From an archaeon (GTDB lineage Archaea > Iainarchaeota > Iainarchaeia > Iainarchaeales > CSSED10-239), in contig DAOOON010000020.1 in NCBI GenBank assembly GCA_035387745.1, positions 1 to 11,799 on the forward strand: 11,799 nt of DNA, read 5' to 3'. Position numbers and translations under genes: made by a program. This document shows positions 6,905-11,799 of this stretch, piece by piece (position 1 is the first letter of the stretch; each line of letters begins with the position of its first letter). The notes below the pieces were generated by a model, which worked only from the letters and a program-made list of their open reading frames with translations, was not told the origin of the DNA and searched no databases.

Positions 6905-7525
6905 ATGAAAAAGAAAATACAAACAAAAATTAGTAAATATGAAGAAAAGAAAAAAACTAATTTTTTTTCTAAAAATAATAGAGTTAAGATAATCATCTGG
7001 GTATTAGCAATACTTTGCGTGCTTTTAATAATAACTTTTTCTTTAAAATATTTGAATAATAATAACGCAGAAACAAATACTCAAGAAACAATGCCAGAAC
7101 TTGGAATTAATGAAGAAACAGAAAATCCAAATTTAGAAACTACGCCAGTAATAATCTCTGGAGAAATAACAAAAAGCTCAAAGCTTGAAGACTTCTATGC
7201 TACAAGTAAACCAAGCTTTATTGTGTTTGCAGGAACCTATTGTGGACATTGTCAGAAGCTTTTACCTGAACTAGAAAAAGAAATCTGGAATAATTATTCA
7301 AACAAAGCAAATATATGGGTAGAAATAATTGGAGATGGAGAGTTTCCAGTAGCTATGCCACAAGGAGTTAATTCTAATATCATATATGAAGAAATAATGG
7401 GAGATTGCCGTTATGTTCCAGCTTATGTTGTTCTAGATAAAGAAGGAAATCAAATATTAAGATCCTGTGGTTCTGAGAAAACAATTGCAGAAATAAAAGC
7501 TGCACTTGACAGCCAATTAAATTAA
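6905..7525 (+). CDS. Membrane-anchored thioredoxin-fold thiol:disulfide oxidoreductase (CGHC active site)
   Basis: The ATG is 1 nt after the ODC stop. Basic N-terminus plus a single TM (VKIIIWVLAILCVLLIITFSL), an N/E/T-rich linker, then FIVFAGTYCGHCQKLLPELE, a thioredoxin-fold W/Y-C-x-x-C motif. Confidence 0.8.
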   Translation: MKKKIQTKISKYEEKKKTNFFSKNNRVKIIIWVLAILCVLLIITFSLKYLNNNNAETNTQETMPELGINEETENPNLETTPVIISGEITKSSKLEDFYATSKPSFIVFAGTYCGHCQKLLPELEKEIWNNYSNKANIWVEIIGDGEFPVAMPQGVNSNIIYEEIMGDCRYVPAYVVLDKEGNQILRSCGSEKTIAEIKAALDSQLN

Positions 7526-7628
7526 TTCACAAATTATTGGACAAAAAAGTTCAAAAACCCAAAAAAATTAATAAAATTTTATGGCCCAGAAAAATTAAAA
7601 TTTTTTGAGAACTAGATAATTTTTCTTG

Positions 7629-7653
7629 GGAAAAAACCGTCCTCGGTTTTTCC
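7629..7653. terminator. GC-anchored hairpin between convergent genes (candidate bidirectional terminator)
   Basis: ggaaaaaaccg (7629-7639) / tcct loop / cggtttttcc (7644-7653) gives a 10-bp stem with one bulged A. It starts 4 nt beyond the stop (7657-7659) of the minus-strand zinc-ribbon gene. T-rich sequence flanks it on both strands. Confidence 0.5.
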
Positions 7654-7656
7654 ATT

Positions 7657-7878
7657 TTACTTTTTAGAAACAGGTTTTTGAGCTAATCTATTCTGTCTAG
7701 CCTTTAGTGCATCTTTAGTTTCTTTTAATTTCATTCTCTCAAAGAAATCAGCACTTCTGTAGACTTCTTCAAACTTTTCTCTTTTTTGTATTTTCTTTTC
7801 AAGATCTTCTTGACATTTTGGGCAATATATGCCATAATTACCAATTGCTCTTCCACAAATAATACATTTTTGACTCAT
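7657..7878 (-). CDS. Small zinc-ribbon protein (CxxC-x12-CxxC) with a helical basic tail
   Basis: MSQKCIICGRAIGNYGIYCPKCQ has four Cys in a classic zinc-ribbon spacing. GGGGAT RBS (plus-strand atcccc 7887-7892), 8 nt upstream of the ATG. Co-directional with and downstream of lysS. Confidence 0.7.
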   Translation of the reverse strand: MSQKCIICGRAIGNYGIYCPKCQEDLEKKIQKREKFEEVYRSADFFERMKLKETKDALKARQNRLAQKPVSKK

Positions 7879-7936
7879 TTTTTTCTATCCCCTTTTAAAT
7901 TTTAATTAAATATTGTAATAATAAGTATATCTAATA

Positions 7937-7946
7937 TATTTAAATA
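7937..7946 (-). promoter_or_regulatory. TATA-box-like palindrome TATTTAAATA upstream of the zinc-ribbon gene
   Basis: Matches the archaeal TATA consensus TTTAWATA on both strands. It lies 59 nt upstream of the ATG at 7878 and 3 nt past the lysS stop. In a sequence this AT-rich a chance occurrence is quite possible. Confidence 0.3.
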
Positions 7947-7948
7947 CC

Positions 7949-9442
7949 TTACTTTTTTTCGTTATCTTCTAAGCCATCCCCTTCTTCTTTCATCATTGGA
8001 AATAATATTACTTCTCTTATGTTTGCGGAGTTTGTAAATATCATGACAAGGCGGTCAATACCAAGGCCAAGACCATAAGCTGGTGGCATTCCGTACTTAA
8101 GGGATTCAATAAAGTCAGTGTCTACTGGATGGTTCTCGCCTTTTCCTCTTCCCTGGTCTGCCTGGTCAAGCATTAGCTTTTCTTGTAACATTGGGTCGTT
8201 TAACTCGCTGTAAATGTTTCCTGCCTCTGAGTAATTAACATATGGCTCGTCTCTTTCTATCAAGTCCTTATTGCTTCTATGAAGCTTACAAAGAGGAGTA
8301 GTCTCTTTTGGATGGTCAATAATATGGACTGGCCCAAGAAGATGGTTCTCACAGAAATGCTCAAACAACTCAGAGATGGCTAGGCCTCTCTTATAGGTCT
8401 CTAATTCCAATCTGTTTTCTTTAAGCAGATTTGCTAAGTCGCTATCGCTTAATTTATCAACATCAAGATTTGCATACTCTTTAAGAGCGCCAGCCATGGT
8501 TAATCTCTTCCATGGTCTCTTGAAATCAAAGGTTTGCTCAAGGTAAGTAACCCTTGTGCTGCCGTTAAGTTCTAAAGCTATGGTTTCATAAATTTCCTCA
8601 ATCAAATCCATTGCTGAATTATAATCCTTAAAAGCCTCGTAACATTCAAGCATTGTAAACTCTGGATTATGAGATCTATCTATCCCTTCGTTTCTAAAGT
8701 TCTTACAAATAGTATATACCTTGTCAAAACCACCTACAAGTAGCCTTTTCAAGTAAAGTTCAGGAGAAATTGAAAGATAAAGCTGTCTCTTCCATACAAA
8801 ACTCTCAGTTATAAATGGTCTGGCATTTGCTCCACCATAAAGGGACTGAAGCAAAGGTGTCTCTACTTCTAAGAAACCCTTCTTGTCAAGTATTTCTCTA
8901 ATAATCTTAATAATCTTTGCTCTAATAAAAAATATATCCCTTGATTCTTTAGAAGTCATTAAGTCTAGATATCTTTGTCTATATTTCAGCTCAGCATCCT
9001 GAATACCATGGAATTTCTCAGGAAGAGGCATAAAGGCTTTTGATAAGAAAGTTATATCCTGTGCATCAATTGAAAGCTCTCCTCTTTTTGTCTTAAAGAT
9101 CTTTCCTTTAACACCAATTATATCACCATCATCAAGCTTTTTTAAAAGCTCAAGATTTTCAGGACTTGTAGTCTCGTTCTTAACAACTATTTGCATCTTA
9201 CCATAAGTATCATGTAAATCAATAAACGAAATCTTACCAAGAGATCTTAAAGAAAGAACTCTTCCAGCAACACTAGCAATCTCTGTTGTATATTTATCTG
9301 GCTCTAGATCTTTATACTTTTCCTTAATATCCTTAGAAACATGCGTTCTATCATAAGTATAAGGATAAGGCTCTATTCCCATATTTACTATAGAACTAAA
9401 ATTATTTTTTCTGTTTTCCTGATATTCTTCTAATCTTCCCAT
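7949..9442 (-). CDS. lysS: Lysyl-tRNA synthetase, class II
   Basis: N-terminal OB anticodon-binding region (VAGRVLSLRSLGKISFIDLHD..GKMQIV). Class II motif 2 region FRNEGIDRSHNPEFTMLE. Motif 3 GLGLGIDRLVMIFT. GTGAT RBS before the ATG. Confidence 0.95.
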   Translation of the reverse strand: MGRLEEYQENRKNNFSSIVNMGIEPYPYTYDRTHVSKDIKEKYKDLEPDKYTTEIASVAGRVLSLRSLGKISFIDLHDTYGKMQIVVKNETTSPENLELLKKLDDGDIIGVKGKIFKTKRGELSIDAQDITFLSKAFMPLPEKFHGIQDAELKYRQRYLDLMTSKESRDIFFIRAKIIKIIREILDKKGFLEVETPLLQSLYGGANARPFITESFVWKRQLYLSISPELYLKRLLVGGFDKVYTICKNFRNEGIDRSHNPEFTMLECYEAFKDYNSAMDLIEEIYETIALELNGSTRVTYLEQTFDFKRPWKRLTMAGALKEYANLDVDKLSDSDLANLLKENRLELETYKRGLAISELFEHFCENHLLGPVHIIDHPKETTPLCKLHRSNKDLIERDEPYVNYSEAGNIYSELNDPMLQEKLMLDQADQGRGKGENHPVDTDFIESLKYGMPPAYGLGLGIDRLVMIFTNSANIREVILFPMMKEEGDGLEDNEKK

Positions 9443-9494
9443 TTTTAATCACATCTAAATATATATTTAAGAAAAAAAATAAATATAAATGGAT

Positions 9495-11799
9495 TTATTT
9501 TCTTTTTTTCCTGTCCATATAGATTAAAACAAATCCACTTAATATTACTGTTATGTAAAGAATTATCATAACTGTTGATTCAGGAGTCAAAGGAATATTA
9601 AAGCCTCCGCTTCCTTTCCCTGACCCTGCAGAACCAATATTAAACACATTAGTTCCTGGAGTTCCAGTAACTTTACCATTACCATCAACACCAAAGGAAA
9701 CACCATCTCTAAATGCATCATTTAGTGGTATTAGATTTCCATTTGTAGTATACCAATTACCTGTCTCTGGGTCATACCAGAAAGAACCGTTCTTTCCTTG
9801 AGCAGAAGTTAAAGTGTCTTTTTCTCCATTATAGGTAAGCCTTGGAACACCGTCTTCTGCACTAAACTCAAGATTATGTGTTTGGCCGTCATCAGTTTTT
9901 ACAGAAATACCATTTGGTGTTTGCTCAAAAGAAGATATCTTTGCATCATAGATTTCTCCAGTTTCTTTATCTATTATCTTTAGTCTTTGCTCACATTCTG
10001 GTGGATCACTTACATAGAAAATAAAAGTTTTGGTCTTAGTATCAAACATTTGGAAAGGCCCAACTTTTTCTAAAGCCTTATTTAGTTTTTCTGTGTTTGC
10101 TGCTGCTTGATCATTATCTTTTACTGGAGATGTAGAAAAATTAATACCAATCTCTTCATTTTCACAACCATTTATTGCTTTGGTCTTTGTGACTTCTGCT
10201 TTCATGCTTGCAATATCATTACCACTTGTTTCTGTTGTTGTTTCTACCCACATAATATAGGCTTTTGCTTCTTCACTATAAACAAGCTGACCAAACTCAA
10301 ACTGAACGCTTATGTTTTTACCAGTTCTATTTTCTTTTCCATCTATTGGGCCAATTGTTGTAGATCTATTTCCTAAAACAGTTAATTTAGAAGTATTGCC
10401 ATTAGCAATTAATCTTGGAAGACCAGCGCCCTGAGAAATAATTGAATTCCCTAAAAAACTAGAAGTATATGCCCCAATAGGATTAATATCATTTGTTAAT
10501 TTTACAATTCCAAGATATGGAGTTAAGTTCTTACTTGTAGAATTCAGGGTAAGGCCAGTTTGTGCTTCATAACCTGCCCTTAGACAATCAAAAAACTCTG
10601 AATTTTTTACAGTAAGATTTCCATGAGCATCAATTTCAAATAATGGTTCTGTATTGTTTGGTAATGGTATATAAGTTAAACTACGAGGTATGACTTTTGC
10701 AGGAATACCTAAGTTATCTCCAATTAGTCTTACAAAATCTTTGCTACCTTCACCAATAACCGTTCTAGTGCCATTTTCATCAGTAACTGTTAATATTCCT
10801 TTTTCTTTATCAATTGTAACATCTATATTTGTATCTTTATCTTTTAATACTTCCACACCTTTATCATTATAGCCACTTGCCATACATTTTGTTTTTGGAC
10901 CAATCTCTATAAAGAAAAGTTGTCCTTTTACTGCTGTGTTTGTTCCTCCACCAGTAGTAAATGTTGCTTGAACAATTGGATCTTCGATAATATTTTCTTC
11001 AACATATTCTTTTACTTTATCTGAACCAGCTTTTACTCCTTTTTCAAGTTCTGTTCCAGAAGTTACTTTTGAAACAACTTCTTCGACTTTTTTTGTTCCA
11101 TCAATTATTGCTTCTCCTACTTTATTTTTAGAATCTTTATTTTGTCTTTCTTCTTCTTGAGCAGAAACAAAGAAATGAGCATAAAGTCCTTCTTCATCAT
11201 CAATACAACCATGTATTTCTGGCATAATCATAGTTTGCATAGGGATATCGCTTACAATTGCAGGGCCTATAAATGAATTAAAATAACCAGAACCTGGCAA
11301 AACCAAATATGCAAATTTTTGTGCTATCATAGATCCAACAACAAATCTGTGATTTCTAAAGGATTTGGGAATGACGCTACCTATTGGCGCCCCTAAAAAA
11401 GTTAAATTTGTAACCTTTTGCCCGCAAGTTTCTTCTTTCTCTCTTGACTCAATTAAATCTATTGCTTTTTCTGTAGATTGACCAGCCATTGTACCATCAT
11501 AGTCTGTATGATGAGAGAAAGAAATAAGGGTTTGTCCAACTTTTAAATTTTTTTCAGAAGTATTCTCTAATAAATAATTATTTGTTTTTATACCATCAGA
11601 AGTAACAGTATCAACACTTATTGATTTATAATCAACTTGGCTTTTTAGTTTTGGCGTGTTTTTGTTTTTTGTTATAAAGTCTAATAGTCCTTTGTCTTCT
11701 GTATTTTCTTTAGCATCTGCATCTTCTGTATTTTCTTTAGCATCTGCATCTTCTGTATTTTCTTTGGCATCTGCATCTTCTGTATTTTCTTTGGCATCT
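9495..11799 (-). CDS. Large secreted/surface protein, 5'-truncated by the window; C-terminal TM anchor, sequon-rich, N-proximal acidic tandem repeats
   Basis: The ORF track starts it at ATG 11489. Hand translation of the same frame upstream (11490-11799) has no stop: ...EDADAKENTEDADAKENTEDADAKENTEDKGLLDFITKNKNTPKLKSQVDYKSISVDTVTSDGIKTNNYLLENTSEKNLKVGQTLISFSHHTDYDGT-MAGQ.... The C-terminus is GSAGSGKGSGGFN-IPLTPES-TVMIILYITVILSGFVLIYM-DRKKRK. No catalytic family recognised. Confidence 0.85.
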   Translation of the reverse strand, partial: DAKENTEDADAKENTEDADAKENTEDADAKENTEDKGLLDFITKNKNTPKLKSQVDYKSISVDTVTSDGIKTNNYLLENTSEKNLKVGQTLISFSHHTDYDGTMAGQSTEKAIDLIESREKEETCGQKVTNLTFLGAPIGSVIPKSFRNHRFVVGSMIAQKFAYLVLPGSGYFNSFIGPAIVSDIPMQTMIMPEIHGCIDDEEGLYAHFFVSAQEEERQNKDSKNKVGEAIIDGTKKVEEVVSKVTSGTELEKGVKAGSDKVKEYVEENIIEDPIVQATFTTGGGTNTAVKGQLFFIEIGPKTKCMASGYNDKGVEVLKDKDTNIDVTIDKEKGILTVTDENGTRTVIGEGSKDFVRLIGDNLGIPAKVIPRSLTYIPLPNNTEPLFEIDAHGNLTVKNSEFFDCLRAGYEAQTGLTLNSTSKNLTPYLGIVKLTNDINPIGAYTSSFLGNSIISQGAGLPRLIANGNTSKLTVLGNRSTTIGPIDGKENRTGKNISVQFEFGQLVYSEEAKAYIMWVETTTETSGNDIASMKAEVTKTKAINGCENEEIGINFSTSPVKDNDQAAANTEKLNKALEKVGPFQMFDTKTKTFIFYVSDPPECEQRLKIIDKETGEIYDAKISSFEQTPNGISVKTDDGQTHNLEFSAEDGVPRLTYNGEKDTLTSAQGKNGSFWYDPETGNWYTTNGNLIPLNDAFRDGVSFGVDGNGKVTGTPGTNVFNIGSAGSGKGSGGFNIPLTPESTVMIILYITVILSGFVLIYMDRKKRK
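11694..11799 (-). repeat. 27-bp in-frame tandem repeat (at least 3.7 copies, continues off the window) encoding EDADAKENT
   Basis: Plus-strand unit gtattttctttagcatctgcatcttct at 11701-11727 and 11728-11754. A copy at 11755-11781 has one a-to-g change that is synonymous (GCT to GCC, Ala) on the coding strand. A partial copy runs 11782-11799. The repeat frame is the same as the downstream ORF (codon first bases at positions congruent to 2 mod 3). Confidence 0.95.

Noticed and set aside
11487-11489. ATG at 11489 as the true start of the 664-aa protein
   Set aside because: The frame stays open upstream to the window edge. No Shine-Dalgarno-like sequence or promoter-like gap precedes this ATG. 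MAGQSTEK has no signal peptide, although the protein ends in a membrane anchor and has an extracellular-type composition.
11694-11799. CRISPR array, suggested by short, regularly spaced identical repeats
   Set aside because: The repeats are directly contiguous with no spacers. The unit length is a multiple of 3, and they lie in frame inside an open reading frame encoding EDADAKENT. This is a coding tandem repeat.
1-11799. Mobile elements, prophage, defence islands, toxin-antitoxin pairs, tRNA or rRNA genes
   Set aside because: I could find no integrase, transposase or recombinase motifs, and no terminal inverted repeats flanking a block. No cloverleaf-capable G/C-rich segment occurs in any intergenic gap. 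All gaps are 131 nt or shorter and AT-rich.

Overview
The window is visibly AT-rich (G+C not computed) and very gene-dense, with about 16 CDS, short intergenic gaps, and several abutting or overlapping stop/start junctions. I recognise no rRNA, tRNA, CRISPR array, transposase or integrase. It looks like the core chromosome of a small-genome, uncultivated-type prokaryote.

Lineage: my best guess (inference only) is a DPANN-like archaeon, and a CPR-type bacterium is not excluded. The clues are a DEAD-box helicase whose motifs resemble, from memory, the Methanocaldococcus-type archaeal enzyme; GGTGAT/GGAGG ribosome-binding sites; TTTAAATA-like boxes; oligo-T runs after genes; and a surface protein rich in N-x-S/T sequons.

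Recognisable anchors:
- DEAD-box RNA helicase (1045-2394)
- fold-type-III PLP ornithine decarboxylase (5683-6903)
- membrane-anchored CGHC thioredoxin-fold protein (6905-7525)
- class II lysyl-tRNA synthetase (7949-9442, minus strand)
- GNAT-like acetyltransferase (2959-3702, minus strand)
- DUF378 (458-658) and DUF1003 (4663-5340) membrane proteins

Most interesting parts:
1. A large surface-type protein on the minus strand (9495 to beyond 11799). Its true reading frame runs off the window, past the ATG given in the ORF track. It carries an in-frame 27-bp tandem repeat encoding (EDADAKENT)n, at least 12 N-glycosylation sequons, and a sortase/archaeosortase-like tripartite C-terminus.
2. A co-directional five-gene block of small membrane or basic-tailed proteins (3769-5596). 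It includes a HiPIP-like 4-Cys miniprotein joined by an ATGA overlap to a 3-TM protein.
3. A convergent intergenic spacer (7526-7656) with a thrice-repeated CCCA(A/G)-A-run motif and mutually exclusive hairpins.

All family assignments rest on motif recognition by eye. No database search was run.
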